A stretch of DNA of 64,000 nucleotides from Methanotrichaceae archaeon (GCA_963803145.1 CAWDLW010000017.1:193188-257187), one strand, 5' to 3'. Positions 30,486 to 41,401 are shown, counted from the stretch's first letter. The notes: a model not told the origin generated them from the letters alone. Program-made: numbers and translations.

Positions 30486-33226
30486 ATTTTATCCCTTCCC
30501 AGGAGCAGAGCAACGGGAAAGCGGTCAAGGACATCTCCAAGATACATCTCGTCATTCGTATTAAAGGACTGATCAGTTATCGCATTTATCCAGGAGACAG
30601 GCATGTCATTGTCAATGATAAGACTGGCATCGTTCCATATATTCCTGCCCAGAGGCATATCATCCTCCTTTACCAAAGCTGTAGTAAGCCTTGGTGCAAT
30701 TGTAAGCGCCCAGGAATTTCTATACTCGCGTGCGAAGGCTATTACATTTTCCTTACGGCATCCCTGAACGTTGAGACGCAGGTAGCTTCCTCTCGCAAAG
30801 AGCTCAGCCTCCTTATTTCTTGACTTGAGCGCCCTGTGGATCAGGAAAAGCTTAATCCTCCCATCCTCTTTTGTAGCAATCAGATTTTCAATCAGGCCTG
30901 TGATGTCCTTTTTTTCCTCTTCCATAATCTCCCTCAGATACGACATCCTTTTCCCAAAGTCAACCGGCCTCCGGTTATCGGGATCAACGAAGCTGAAGTC
31001 CCAGATCTCAGTCCCTTGATAGAAGTCTGGAATTCCAGGAGCAGTTATCTTGATAAGAGTTTGAGAAAGTGAGTTCAGAATCCCATAAAATGCTACCATA
31101 CGTGCAAAAGGCATGAAGCTTTTTAAAAAATCGTCGGAATCTAAAAGGCCATCAAGAAACGACGTAAATGCCATCTCATAGGATGTGTCTGGCCTCACCC
31201 AGTCGGAATGGATCTTTGCCTCTCTTACAGCCTTCACGAGGTAATTCTTAATCCTATCTCTGAAATCGGCATCGGAGCCGAAAGGAACAGAGCCTATTAG
31301 CGACTGATATAGGAAATATTCGTCGTTTCTGTCCGGCATATTCATTCCTTCTGCACCTTTTTTCCCGGCCTTGTTCAGTCTGCTCCAAGTTTCAATATGC
31401 CTTTCCCACTCATCAGGCATCTCCGAGAGCACGTTAATCCTTGATCTTGCATCCTCACCGCGTTTCGTATCGTGAGTAGATGTAGCGTTTATTGTATCAG
31501 GCCAGCTTATGGCCCTTGATTCGTTGAAATTATGGAACTCATCGAGGGTTAGACCGAATTTTCCTGGATTCCCGCCCACATCGTTAAGTGAAAGAAGCCT
31601 GTTGTAGACATACAGTGCTGTATCCTCGGCACCCTTGGCCATAAGAGGACCTGTGAACTGTTGAAACCTCATGACGGCTCCAAGCCAACTCTCCCTTCTT
31701 TCATCATCCGGCATAATGAGGAAATGTTCCAGAAAATCTATCTCGTTGAAAAGATCTCGATTTCTTTCCTTGGCCATTCTCGCAGTCTCAGCTATTATAG
31801 TACTGTCTGTCTCGCTAAAAACATTCGAATCGACATATGTCCGGTAAACTGGGAAGTTTACCATAAGCTCCGTCAGAGCCATTTTGATTCCTGCGAATGT
31901 TATATCTTTTCCGTATCTGTCTTTGCCAATAGCATTTTTGAATAAGAGGGCTAGGTTATCTACCTCACCGCTCATGTACCTATCTGCTATTAGCTTCTTT
32001 TTTTCATAGACTATTTCGTTATAGGATTTTTCCAACCCTGAAAACTTTGAGTATATCTTCTCGAATTCTGCTTTTCGGTTTTTATCACATAGAACTCCGT
32101 TTACGGAGTTTGAAAAATCATAGCCCGTTGTCCCCTGGATCTGCCAGCCTGAAGGCAATTCCTCCCCAGGAAGCAGAATCTTCTCAGCTACGAGGTATAT
32201 ATCATCTATTTTTTTCCTTACAGATTTTACGTAATCTGCCGGATTATTCAACCCATCGAGATGATCAATCCTTAGCCCCGTGACCTTACCATCTTTGATC
32301 AGGTCGAAAATAAACGAATGGATGTGATCGAAAACGTCGTGCCTCTCAGTCCTAATGCATATCAGATCGTTAACGATAAAGAACCTTCTATAGTTTATAT
32401 AATCTGATGCTACCTTCCAGAAGCTTAAGCGGAAACGCTGATCAGATAGGAGATTATCAAGAGAATTGAAGCTCTCAGGATCGCCCTTTTCCCCATTGAA
32501 TGATTCAATGTTCGAATCAACAAATCTCTTAATATTTTCGCTTCTGGAGTACAGCTCCCATAGCTTATTCTTCAATTTTTGGTCCGAGTCATCGCCACCT
32601 GCTTCTAGTATTATTGACTTGATTTCAGCAAGGTCGGAATTATCCTCTCCAAGGAGCCTTACCAGTTTCGGAAGTCCCCTGCTCAAGATCTTTGCATATG
32701 AGCTCAATCGCAGGGGCATTCTGATGCCATAGTAGCTGGCGGCAAAGCCGGCTTTATCATAGATAAGCTTGATCTCGCCTTGTTCGAGGACTTTGCCGAA
32801 AAAGTCTCCGAGAAACGGGGCAAGAAGCTTCCCCTTCAGTCCCTCCCAGGGGTGATCCCATTCAATGTCAAAAAATTGATAGTAATCGGACCTGTTCCCC
32901 TTCTCAAGGACATCAGAAAGCATATGGTTCTCGTGGCTATATGACATATGGTTAGGCACTATATCCTGAAGCCATCCCATTCCATAGGTCTTCAGCTCTC
33001 TTATCAGCGCATCGAAATCTTCTGGCGCTCCAAGCTCTGGATTAAGGGCGTTTTGATCGACAATATCATAACCGTGAAGGCTTCCTCCCTTTGCCTTGAA
33101 TATTGGTGAAGCATAAATATCCGATATCCCGAGCTCAGCCAGATAAGGCACAATCTCCAACGCAGCATCAAAGCCGAATGAAGAGTTGAACTGAAGCCTG
33201 TAGGTTGCGACAGGCAAACGCATCAA
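30482..33226 (-). CDS. treY: Malto-oligosyltrehalose synthase (GH13)
   Basis: ATYRLQF, DIVPNHM, GLRIDHLDGL, STHDTKRGED, VDPDNRRPVDF. Confidence 0.95.
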   Translation of the reverse strand: MMRLPVATYRLQFNSSFGFDAALEIVPYLAELGISDIYASPIFKAKGGSLHGYDIVDQNALNPELGAPEDFDALIRELKTYGMGWLQDIVPNHMSYSHENHMLSDVLEKGNRSDYYQFFDIEWDHPWEGLKGKLLAPFLGDFFGKVLEQGEIKLIYDKAGFAASYYGIRMPLRLSSYAKILSRGLPKLVRLLGEDNSDLAEIKSIILEAGGDDSDQKLKNKLWELYSRSENIKRFVDSNIESFNGEKGDPESFNSLDNLLSDQRFRLSFWKVASDYINYRRFFIVNDLICIRTERHDVFDHIHSFIFDLIKDGKVTGLRIDHLDGLNNPADYVKSVRKKIDDIYLVAEKILLPGEELPSGWQIQGTTGYDFSNSVNGVLCDKNRKAEFEKIYSKFSGLEKSYNEIVYEKKKLIADRYMSGEVDNLALLFKNAIGKDRYGKDITFAGIKMALTELMVNFPVYRTYVDSNVFSETDSTIIAETARMAKERNRDLFNEIDFLEHFLIMPDDERRESWLGAVMRFQQFTGPLMAKGAEDTALYVYNRLLSLNDVGGNPGKFGLTLDEFHNFNESRAISWPDTINATSTHDTKRGEDARSRINVLSEMPDEWERHIETWSRLNKAGKKGAEGMNMPDRNDEYFLYQSLIGSVPFGSDADFRDRIKNYLVKAVREAKIHSDWVRPDTSYEMAFTSFLDGLLDSDDFLKSFMPFARMVAFYGILNSLSQTLIKITAPGIPDFYQGTEIWDFSFVDPDNRRPVDFGKRMSYLREIMEEEKKDITGLIENLIATKEDGRIKLFLIHRALKSRNKEAELFARGSYLRLNVQGCRKENVIAFAREYRNSWALTIAPRLTTALVKEDDMPLGRNIWNDASLIIDNDMPVSWINAITDQSFNTNDEMYLGDVLDRFPVALLLGRDKI

Positions 33227-35637
33227 TGGGTCCTCACATGCATATCATTTTCAAGGATCTCAAACAGCTCCATCCATTTCTTTGCTGCCTCATCACCTTT
33301 TTCTGCCCTGGACTTCATTTCGCCTAGATGCTGCCTGCTTATAGAGAACAGGATGTTTTGTGACTTCCAAAGATCCAAGCCCAAGTGGATATTGTTAAGA
33401 GCTTTGACAATCCGGCTAACCGTCTGCAGAAGTGCGATATCATCAGGCTTCTCTCTAAGCTTCTCCATAAGCCCATCGATCCGATGGCTTGCAATTAGAG
33501 TTAATGCAGGATCAAAGTCGATGGGCCATCTCCCCGCCTCCTCAACAAGCTTCTGGAGCTTCCCTGCATCTTTATCAACTATCGCCCTTTCAATTTCGTC
33601 ATTCAGTACGTGCCTTCTTACATCTATAAGAACCGGAGGTATGACAACTCCCACGTTTTTCATAATCTGCATAGTTGGGTAATGGTGATCGTAGATCTGC
33701 TTGAACATTGCCGAGGCCTCCTGGAGTTGCGGCTTAAGGATTTGCCTGAAAATTTGGTTCTGGGCGTCCTTGAAGAGATGCCACATACCGTAGTTATGAT
33801 CTCCAAAATTCTTATCCATTTGCCTTATGACATCAGGTATATCTGACCTTGCAAATGCATCCTCAACATCCTTCTTCATTGCCTCGTATTGATCATCACT
33901 CTCGAGCCTTCGTACTCCGCCGCTGATGTAATGTTCATCAAAATAAATAACAGCAAAAGTCATAATTGCCTCCTCCCATGTGAGATCAGAGCGGACTCTG
34001 ACTTTACCAACAGCCAGTTTCTGTGCGCCTATCTCCTTGCTTTCATATGTTTCTCTCTTGGCAGTATAGCTGAAGATTCTGGCAGTCTCAGGATACTCTT
34101 TAAATATGGATGATATAGCATAATGAGCGGTGACTCTGTTCAGGTCTACAGTGGCGGGCTTCACCATATTATCATATATATTGGCGCCGTTTCCGAACCC
34201 CGGAATATTGCTGATGGCCTGGCTGAGAATTTTCTTGTATTCAGGCTCAAGATCTGCTCCGACCATATCCTTTGCAAGCTGCATTGCTCTGGCTGCATAC
34301 TTCATCACCTGCGTTGTCTCAATGCCGGATATCTCATCGAAGAACCAGCCGCAGCTCGTGAACATCAGCAGTGCATGGCGCTGCATTCCTAAGAGCTTCA
34401 AGACCTTTATCTTCTCTTCCAGAGATAGCTCCCTTGCAGTGTGTTCCGACAGGAATTTATCGATGTTCTGGACGGACCTATCCAGTATGATATAAATATA
34501 ATCCTCTCTGGCCTGCCAAGGATCTTTTAGATACTGAGATGCTTCCTTCTCGTAAATGGGTATGAGGGCATCCCTGAGCCAGTTCATGGCATCGCGTAGC
34601 GGCGTTCTCCACTTCTGGTTCCAGCCAGGATGCATGCCTGTATTGCAGCCGCAATCTGACCTCCATCTCTCAATGCCATGAATACATGACCAAGATGTGT
34701 TCTCGACTATTTCTACTTCATGAGTCGGAGGATGGTTCTCTAGGTATTCTCCATAGACTGTAATCTTGGCGAGACCCTTGGATTCCAGATGGTAAAGACA
34801 GTATGCCAGTGCCATGTCGCCATTGGGATGATGATGGCCGTATGTCTCTCCATCTGTGGCTATATGGACTATCTGATCCTCTTGGGAATCTGAGAACGCT
34901 TGCATTAGACGGTTTGCAAAGGTTTCGCCGTTATCGAGAAGATTAGAAAAGGCCACATCTTTGGATATTGACCCATCATAAACAAAAACATTTATTGCCC
35001 TGCCTGATTTGAGCCTACAAAGGTAAGGCATTCTGATATTCATGCCACCATTGGAGATCTCTTGCCAGGCTTCATCCCCGATCTTCCTGAATTTACCTAT
35101 CTGATGTGGATCGAGGATGACGAACTTAATCCCTTGCTCGGCCATTAGGTCAAGGCTCTCAAGATCTACTGCAGTTTCCGGAAGCCACATCCCTTCAGGC
35201 TTCCTCCCAAACCTGCGCTCAAACTCCCTAACGCCCCAGATTACCTGCGTTCTTTTGTCCCTGCTGTTTGCGAGAGGCATGATCATGTGATTATATGCCT
35301 GGGCTATTGCAGGACAGTGGCCTGAGAATTTATCTTTGTTAATTTTATCTGAGGCTATTATGGCCTTAAACGTATCGGATGACATCACATCCATCCACGA
35401 AAGGAGGGTGGGACCGAAGTTGAAGCTTATCTTACCATAGTTATCAGTTATATCTATGACCTTCCTCTCAGGGCTCAAAATCCTAGACGCTGCATTGGGA
35501 GCATAGCATTGTGCAGTTATCCTCACGTTCCAGTCATGGTAAGGATAGGCCGATTCCTGAAGCTCAATCTCCTCGAGCCAGGGGTTCTCTCTGGGGGGCT
35601 GATAGAAGTGGCCGTGAATGCAAATATATCTAGTCAT
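33223..35637 (-). CDS. Glycoside hydrolase family 57 with DUF3536
   Basis: IHGHFYQPPRENPW, WLPETAVD, ATDGETYGHH, FTSCGWFF. Confidence 0.9.
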   Translation of the reverse strand: MTRYICIHGHFYQPPRENPWLEEIELQESAYPYHDWNVRITAQCYAPNAASRILSPERKVIDITDNYGKISFNFGPTLLSWMDVMSSDTFKAIIASDKINKDKFSGHCPAIAQAYNHMIMPLANSRDKRTQVIWGVREFERRFGRKPEGMWLPETAVDLESLDLMAEQGIKFVILDPHQIGKFRKIGDEAWQEISNGGMNIRMPYLCRLKSGRAINVFVYDGSISKDVAFSNLLDNGETFANRLMQAFSDSQEDQIVHIATDGETYGHHHPNGDMALAYCLYHLESKGLAKITVYGEYLENHPPTHEVEIVENTSWSCIHGIERWRSDCGCNTGMHPGWNQKWRTPLRDAMNWLRDALIPIYEKEASQYLKDPWQAREDYIYIILDRSVQNIDKFLSEHTARELSLEEKIKVLKLLGMQRHALLMFTSCGWFFDEISGIETTQVMKYAARAMQLAKDMVGADLEPEYKKILSQAISNIPGFGNGANIYDNMVKPATVDLNRVTAHYAISSIFKEYPETARIFSYTAKRETYESKEIGAQKLAVGKVRVRSDLTWEEAIMTFAVIYFDEHYISGGVRRLESDDQYEAMKKDVEDAFARSDIPDVIRQMDKNFGDHNYGMWHLFKDAQNQIFRQILKPQLQEASAMFKQIYDHHYPTMQIMKNVGVVIPPVLIDVRRHVLNDEIERAIVDKDAGKLQKLVEEAGRWPIDFDPALTLIASHRIDGLMEKLREKPDDIALLQTVSRIVKALNNIHLGLDLWKSQNILFSISRQHLGEMKSRAEKGDEAAKKWMELFEILENDMHVRTH

Positions 35638-35975
35638 TTCTGTAAATATAATATAAAGGATAGAGGCTTTATATGAAATTTTTCAGTTCGTACGGTCTTC
35701 TTGAGTTTAAAGATTTATTCCCTATCTGAGATCCATTAGCTGGAATTATCGTTAAACTCTGTAACCGCTCCTTTTGAGTTGCATATAGCGATTATTAATC
35801 TCAACTATTGGATAGAAGATTGTAATAATCGGCATTTACGATAAGGACGAATACATTACATAGACACTAAAATCGGTGCCAAGTGCAGCATAGGCATAGA
35901 ATTTAAGGCCATAAACGCATAATACTTCGAAGGTCGCGACGGATTAAAGATCTTTCGTCTGGAGGAAAAGTCTAG

Positions 35976-38900
35976 CTATTTCTCATCTGATGCTTCCTGA
36001 TTTGGGTTTTGTTTCTTATTCTCTACAATCTCATCCATTAAAGTGCTCAGCACTCTTATGGGAACCTCTGCTGACCCAGGCTTAACCGCAAGTGTATCGC
36101 TTAGCTCATGTATAGACCTGTCTAATATGAAGACCTTTAGTAGCTCCTCCAGATCTTCTCTATTTGACGGCATGAACGGCGCTTTATTGGCAGTATCTAT
36201 ATAGGATCTTATGAATGCACAGCTTACATATCTTGACCAGAGCTCAGACCAGACATCTAATATTTGTGAATCCTCAGGTCTTGTTGATGAGCGTCTGCGG
36301 AGTGCAGTTCTAGCTGCGGAGCGTAAAGACACCATCATGCTGGCCACATCTCTGATGGGCGAGCGCTTTACCTTGCGCTCTGCCAGGGTATATCCGGCCC
36401 TATCCTCGAAGCTGAAAACATAGAAATCCTTACCAGTATACAGGAGTTTACCTAGCAGGTAGTTTCCATGGATCCTTATTCTCATAATCTCGATCCTTCG
36501 CTCTTTGATAGTTTTGAGCTGATCCATGATCTTCTTTTCAGAATCCAGGATTTTAGAGGCATGCGGCTTCAGGCTTTCCGGCAGGCTGTCCAATGACTTG
36601 GTTAGGGATTGCAGTGCCCTATAGGCCGATATACGCATCGATTGGTAAACTGACCTCTGATACAGGGCTGAAAAAGGCTCAGGTATGAAGTCCCGCTCCT
36701 TAGATGATGCCAGAACAAGGTGCATCTCCCCTGTTCTATTGCCCAAAAGCCGTATCATCTCCAGGTACATTCCGCCAATCAAATCCTTCATAAGATCTGG
36801 AATAGATTCAGAATCCATGCCCATAACAGAGGAGGGCATCTCCGGCGGCTGATCAACCTTTCTGGCCAGGACCCTATCGAAATATCTGCCTAGTTCGTCT
36901 AGAGTATAGTTCCAGGCATCGCCCTCATTTGGCACAAATCCCTGGAGCATAGCGATGGATATAGGCTCAAGGCCATGTTGCATGTATTCTATCTCGCCCT
37001 CGAAGGGAGGAACATTTGCAAAGCCGTGTCTTGTCAGGAACCTTGTCATATCGAGACCATGGTTGACGCCTTCATCGAGCTGCCTGTAGAGCTTCATGAA
37101 GAATCTGTCATTCAGTTTAGTGTAGGTAACACCTTGAGTATTTCCAATGATCTCCGAGGCTATGGTGCCATTATCATAGTACCTTGGTAGCGCCTTTTCA
37201 GAGCGAAATATGAGTTCACCGTGTTCTCCTCTGGCCCTCCTCTTGTGCAGGATCATATTGAGCAGGTTCTGCCTGAACTCATCATCGTAAGACCCATCAT
37301 AGATGATGCCATCTTTGGTGCCCATCCTGAGCCAGGCAATGATGCTCTGTGGTGCTCTCTCGCGTATTCTTTCTGCTTTATCCTGAGGGGCAAATGAGAG
37401 TGGAAGCATGTAGAGCTCCGGCAGACCTTCTGTATATTCCACTCTTAATATGAGCAGATACGTTAGAGAGCCTTTAGAAATGGGAATCCCCTCTAAAATA
37501 CTGGCCCGACGGATGGTTCTTCTTCCGCCGAACCAGCTGCAGCATGTGATATAGTTGGGCAGGATCTCCTCTTCAATCTTGCCGCTATCTACATCTTCCA
37601 GCAGCTTAGCCCAATCCCTGGCCTCTATTAAAGGCAGTGGCCCTTGACCCGTCACACATACTGCTTTTTCCTTCCTGAGAGTGAACCAGTAATAATCATA
37701 AGGCCCCATAATGACTTGATAGGGTTGTTTCTGAATTGTATGGAATGTATTTCCGCTGAAGAGGCCATAGGGTACAAGGTCCGCATACTCCGAGAGATCA
37801 ATCTCTGTATATTGAGTATATCTGGATAGGTTCACAGCCACGAGTATAGTTTCATCCTCGTACCTGCGTAAGAATGCCATAATCTTTGGATTATCTGGCC
37901 TAAGAAGCTTGAGATCCCCTCTGCCGAATGCCTTGAATCGGCCCCTAAGGGATATGGTATGCTTCATCCACCAAAGGAGCGAGAACTGGTCCCTTTCCTC
38001 TCTGGCAACATTGACAGCCTTGTAATGGTACTCAGGCTCTGTGATGATAGGCAGATAGAGCTTTCTAGGATCGGCCTCTGAGAAGCCTGCGTTCTTCTCA
38101 GCACTCCACTGCATAGGAGTCCTAACGCCGTTTCTATCTCCGAGATAATAGTTATCGCCCATGCCAATCTCATCACCATAGTATATGATTGGCGTTCCAG
38201 GCAGAGAGAAGAGAAGGACGTTCATAAGCTCTATTAGCCTCCTGTTGTTTCCAAGTAATGGCGAGAGCCTGCGACGTATGCCAAGGTTGAGCTTGGCTTT
38301 AGGATCTATGGCATAGACCCTGTACATGTAGTCTCTTTCCTCATCAGTAACCATTTCGAGCGTTAGCTCATCGTGATTGCGCAGGAAGAGGGCCCACTGA
38401 CAGCTCTCGGGTATCGGCGGCGTCTGGGCCAGGATATCAACTATAGGGAACCTATCTTCCATCTGCACCGCCATGAACATCCTGGGCATCAGCGGAAAGT
38501 GAAATGCCATGTTGCATTCGTCGCCTTTTCCAAAATAGGTCACTGCATCTTCTGGCCACTGGTTTGCCTCAGCCAAAAGCATTCTATTCTTGAACTTGCT
38601 GTCCACGTGCGCTCTCAGCCTCTTCAGAAAGGCATGAGTCTCTGGAAGGTTCTCACAGTTCGTTCCCTCATGTTCGTAGAGATATGGAACAGCATCAAGC
38701 CTCATGCCATCAACTCCCATTTCCAGCCAGAAGTCTATCACCTTGAACATCTCACTTTGGACACGAGGATTATCGTAGTTCAGGTCAGGCTGATGAGAGT
38801 AGAATCGATGCCAATAATAGGCATTGGCTACTGGGTCCCATGCCCAATTGGATGTCTCGAAGTCTTTGAAGATTATCCTGGCATCGGCATATTTGTGAGG

Positions 38901-39410
38901 CGTATCGCTCCAGACATAGAAGTTTCTCCATATTGATCCGGGCTTTGATCTTCTAGCCCTTTGGAACCAGGGGTGCTGATCTGATGTATGGTTAAGCACC
39001 ATCTCCGTAATAACCCTGATTCCGTGCTTATGTGCTTCTCTGAGAAGTCTGCGAAATGTCGGAAGATCACCATAATCAGGATGAATTGCGAAGTAGTTTG
39101 TGATATCGTATCCGTCATCCTTTAAGGGAGATGGGTAGAACGGCAGGAGCCATATTGCTGTGATGCCTAGATCTTTGAGGTATGCCATCTTCTCTATGAT
39201 TCCCTGAAGATCTCCTATTCCATCTCCGTTACTGTCATAGAAGGATCTCACATGAAGTTCGTAGATGACCGCGTCCTTGTACCATAATGGGTCATCCTTC
39301 AGGTGATCCGTTACAGAAATCTTTTGAGCTGTGCTAGATTTTTCAGCAATAACGTTCATCCTTCCTGTTAAAATAACGTTCACAATTGATTTAAGTTTTG
39401 CTTGATTCAA
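35976..39410 (-). CDS. treS: Trehalose synthase TreS fused to a maltokinase-like (Pep2/Mak) domain; true start probably slightly downstream
   Basis: WYKDAVIYELHV, RLDAVPYL, LAEANQW, FLRNHDELTLE; C-terminal kinase-like domain. Confidence 0.92.
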   Translation of the reverse strand: MNQAKLKSIVNVILTGRMNVIAEKSSTAQKISVTDHLKDDPLWYKDAVIYELHVRSFYDSNGDGIGDLQGIIEKMAYLKDLGITAIWLLPFYPSPLKDDGYDITNYFAIHPDYGDLPTFRRLLREAHKHGIRVITEMVLNHTSDQHPWFQRARRSKPGSIWRNFYVWSDTPHKYADARIIFKDFETSNWAWDPVANAYYWHRFYSHQPDLNYDNPRVQSEMFKVIDFWLEMGVDGMRLDAVPYLYEHEGTNCENLPETHAFLKRLRAHVDSKFKNRMLLAEANQWPEDAVTYFGKGDECNMAFHFPLMPRMFMAVQMEDRFPIVDILAQTPPIPESCQWALFLRNHDELTLEMVTDEERDYMYRVYAIDPKAKLNLGIRRRLSPLLGNNRRLIELMNVLLFSLPGTPIIYYGDEIGMGDNYYLGDRNGVRTPMQWSAEKNAGFSEADPRKLYLPIITEPEYHYKAVNVAREERDQFSLLWWMKHTISLRGRFKAFGRGDLKLLRPDNPKIMAFLRRYEDETILVAVNLSRYTQYTEIDLSEYADLVPYGLFSGNTFHTIQKQPYQVIMGPYDYYWFTLRKEKAVCVTGQGPLPLIEARDWAKLLEDVDSGKIEEEILPNYITCCSWFGGRRTIRRASILEGIPISKGSLTYLLILRVEYTEGLPELYMLPLSFAPQDKAERIRERAPQSIIAWLRMGTKDGIIYDGSYDDEFRQNLLNMILHKRRARGEHGELIFRSEKALPRYYDNGTIASEIIGNTQGVTYTKLNDRFFMKLYRQLDEGVNHGLDMTRFLTRHGFANVPPFEGEIEYMQHGLEPISIAMLQGFVPNEGDAWNYTLDELGRYFDRVLARKVDQPPEMPSSVMGMDSESIPDLMKDLIGGMYLEMIRLLGNRTGEMHLVLASSKERDFIPEPFSALYQRSVYQSMRISAYRALQSLTKSLDSLPESLKPHASKILDSEKKIMDQLKTIKERRIEIMRIRIHGNYLLGKLLYTGKDFYVFSFEDRAGYTLAERKVKRSPIRDVASMMVSLRSAARTALRRRSSTRPEDSQILDVWSELWSRYVSCAFIRSYIDTANKAPFMPSNREDLEELLKVFILDRSIHELSDTLAVKPGSAEVPIRVLSTLMDEIVENKKQNPNQEASDEK

Positions 39411-39413
39411 GGG

Positions 39414-40559
39414 TTATGAGCGCTTGATCATCTCGTAGTGAGCTTCCCGGAAGGCTGAGTCCTTCATCTGACAGGGACATCTCCCTTTAAACCATTTATA
39501 CCTGGACATATCTTTCCAGATTTCTTTTAGGCCCATATCATTTATGTTGCCGAAGGGGATGGGCATGTAGGCACATGGCAAGGCGTTACCTGATGGATCG
39601 ATATGTATCCATCTTCTGCCTGCGAAGCATCCGAACATCTTAGGGCTGAGAATATAAGGTAACGCTGTAACTCTTGGGCCTTCTGATCTATTCTTCTCCT
39701 TATGAAAATTCTCAAGCCTAAATACATCTTCAGAGGAAAGGGTTTCATCCTCATGGGATGACCATCTGCCTACAGCTACTATTTCATAGAGCGATAGCTC
39801 GTGGACTTTTAAATCAGATGCAAGGCAAAATGCATCATCAAGAGAATCTATATTTGATGGTGATGTAACCATGAAAAGATCCACAAGGAGACCTGCATCA
39901 AGGGCATTTTTCACTCCCGATATGGCATCAGCAAATGCCCCTTTCCGTCCCCTGACTCTATCATGCTCATTCTCATATGGACTATCTATGCTGATCCTGA
40001 TTGCGTAAAGTCCTGCCTGTTTGAGCCTATGGGCAAGTTCAGATGTAAGGCCGTAGCCGCTGCTGAATGAAGTGGATATTGCTCTCTCGTCTACGTGAGC
40101 CACAAGCTCCGGCAGCTCCTTTCGAAGCATAGGCTCGCCGCCATCAAATGTGATAAGATAGGAGCCGAGCTCAAGAGATTCACCTATTGCTTTTTTAATG
40201 CTGCTGTTACTAAGAATATCTCCCTGCCTTGAGGGAGCGCTGCAATGTATGCAGTTATTTGGACAGGCGCGCATTATCGCTATCGATAGCTGATCGGGGA
40301 TATTGCGCCTTGTCAGGGCGCCCACCTGTGCTGATAGCATTCTCTCGAATGCGATGCTGGGCGCAGGAGGTATCCATGTTGAGAAGATGAATTTGCCTGG
40401 ACCCGAGCTTATGGGCTTTTCGTTTGCAAAGATCTTGTTTATTCTATCGATGATAGGTTTTGCGATGATGGCAAGGGGGCCACGAGGGATAAGCTTGATG
40501 CCTTTATCCGAATCTGAGTATGCCTCAATCTTCAGCAGAGGTTTCTCAGCAATCTGCAT
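39414..40559 (-). CDS. Radical SAM/SPASM-type protein
   Basis: CPNNCIHC, GGEP, GCFAGR...PCAY...CPC; overlaps the upstream prenyltransferase gene. Confidence 0.85.
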   Translation of the reverse strand: MQIAEKPLLKIEAYSDSDKGIKLIPRGPLAIIAKPIIDRINKIFANEKPISSGPGKFIFSTWIPPAPSIAFERMLSAQVGALTRRNIPDQLSIAIMRACPNNCIHCSAPSRQGDILSNSSIKKAIGESLELGSYLITFDGGEPMLRKELPELVAHVDERAISTSFSSGYGLTSELAHRLKQAGLYAIRISIDSPYENEHDRVRGRKGAFADAISGVKNALDAGLLVDLFMVTSPSNIDSLDDAFCLASDLKVHELSLYEIVAVGRWSSHEDETLSSEDVFRLENFHKEKNRSEGPRVTALPYILSPKMFGCFAGRRWIHIDPSGNALPCAYMPIPFGNINDMGLKEIWKDMSRYKWFKGRCPCQMKDSAFREAHYEMIKRS

Positions 40560-41401
40560 CTCTCAAGTCCTCGTGAGGTCATCCTATCGATTATCTCTTC
40601 CAAATGAGCTACTATGCTATCATCTCCAGATGTGCCTGAAAGAGCCTTTTTGGCAGCAGCGCAATGGTCATTGATGGATTTGATACACATTTGGAGAGCT
40701 ATCTCTTCAGAATATTGCTCCCTATAAATTCTCGGAAGTGTAACGGATGCCTTTTTGGATATCTTTCCCTGATCTATGCCTAGATATTCCTCCAGATCAT
40801 CTAAAATCTGATATGCTAGGCCCAGATGCATTCCGTATTTCTCAAACCGTGAGGCATCTTCTTCTACCGCGCCGCCGATAATGCATCCTATCTTGGCAGA
40901 TGCCGCGAAGAGCGAGGCGGTTTTCTTTGATATGCAATGATAATACTCATCCGGAGAGCACGTAATCGAAATGTCAAGCATCTCGCCCTCTGCCATATCC
41001 GTACAAGCGCGAGCGAAGCTGCAGATCACCGGCTGGCTATAGGATGATATAAGCTCTATTGATTTCGAGATTAGATAATCGCCAGTGAGCAGTGCTGCCT
41101 CCGGTCCATACCTTTCAAAGGTGCTGGGTGACCCACGGCGCTCAATTCCGTAATCCAGAATATCATCGTGAACAAGAGATGCGGCATGAACCAGCTCTAT
41201 TGCAAGGGCGGCATTCATCGCTTTTTCGCTTGAGGACTCAAATGCCCTCGATGAAAAGATAAGAATTAGCGGCCTCACTCTTTTGCCTGGTGCGGAGAGG
41301 ACATAGCCTATCACCTCTCCAAGCTCGGTCCTGGGCAGATCCTTCACCAGACTCGCAAGCTCATTATTGATCAGGTGATATTCGTCCCAGCCATCGATCA
41401 T
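40532..41401 (-). CDS. trans-Isoprenyl diphosphate synthase (geranylfarnesyl-PP synthase-like)
   Basis: GKRVRP, ASLVHDDILD, KTASLF, YQILDD; from memory resembles Methanosarcina mazei GFPP synthase. Confidence 0.85.
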   Translation of the reverse strand: MIDGWDEYHLINNELASLVKDLPRTELGEVIGYVLSAPGKRVRPLILIFSSRAFESSSEKAMNAALAIELVHAASLVHDDILDYGIERRGSPSTFERYGPEAALLTGDYLISKSIELISSYSQPVICSFARACTDMAEGEMLDISITCSPDEYYHCISKKTASLFAASAKIGCIIGGAVEEDASRFEKYGMHLGLAYQILDDLEEYLGIDQGKISKKASVTLPRIYREQYSEEIALQMCIKSINDHCAAAKKALSGTSGDDSIVAHLEEIIDRMTSRGLERCRLLRNLC

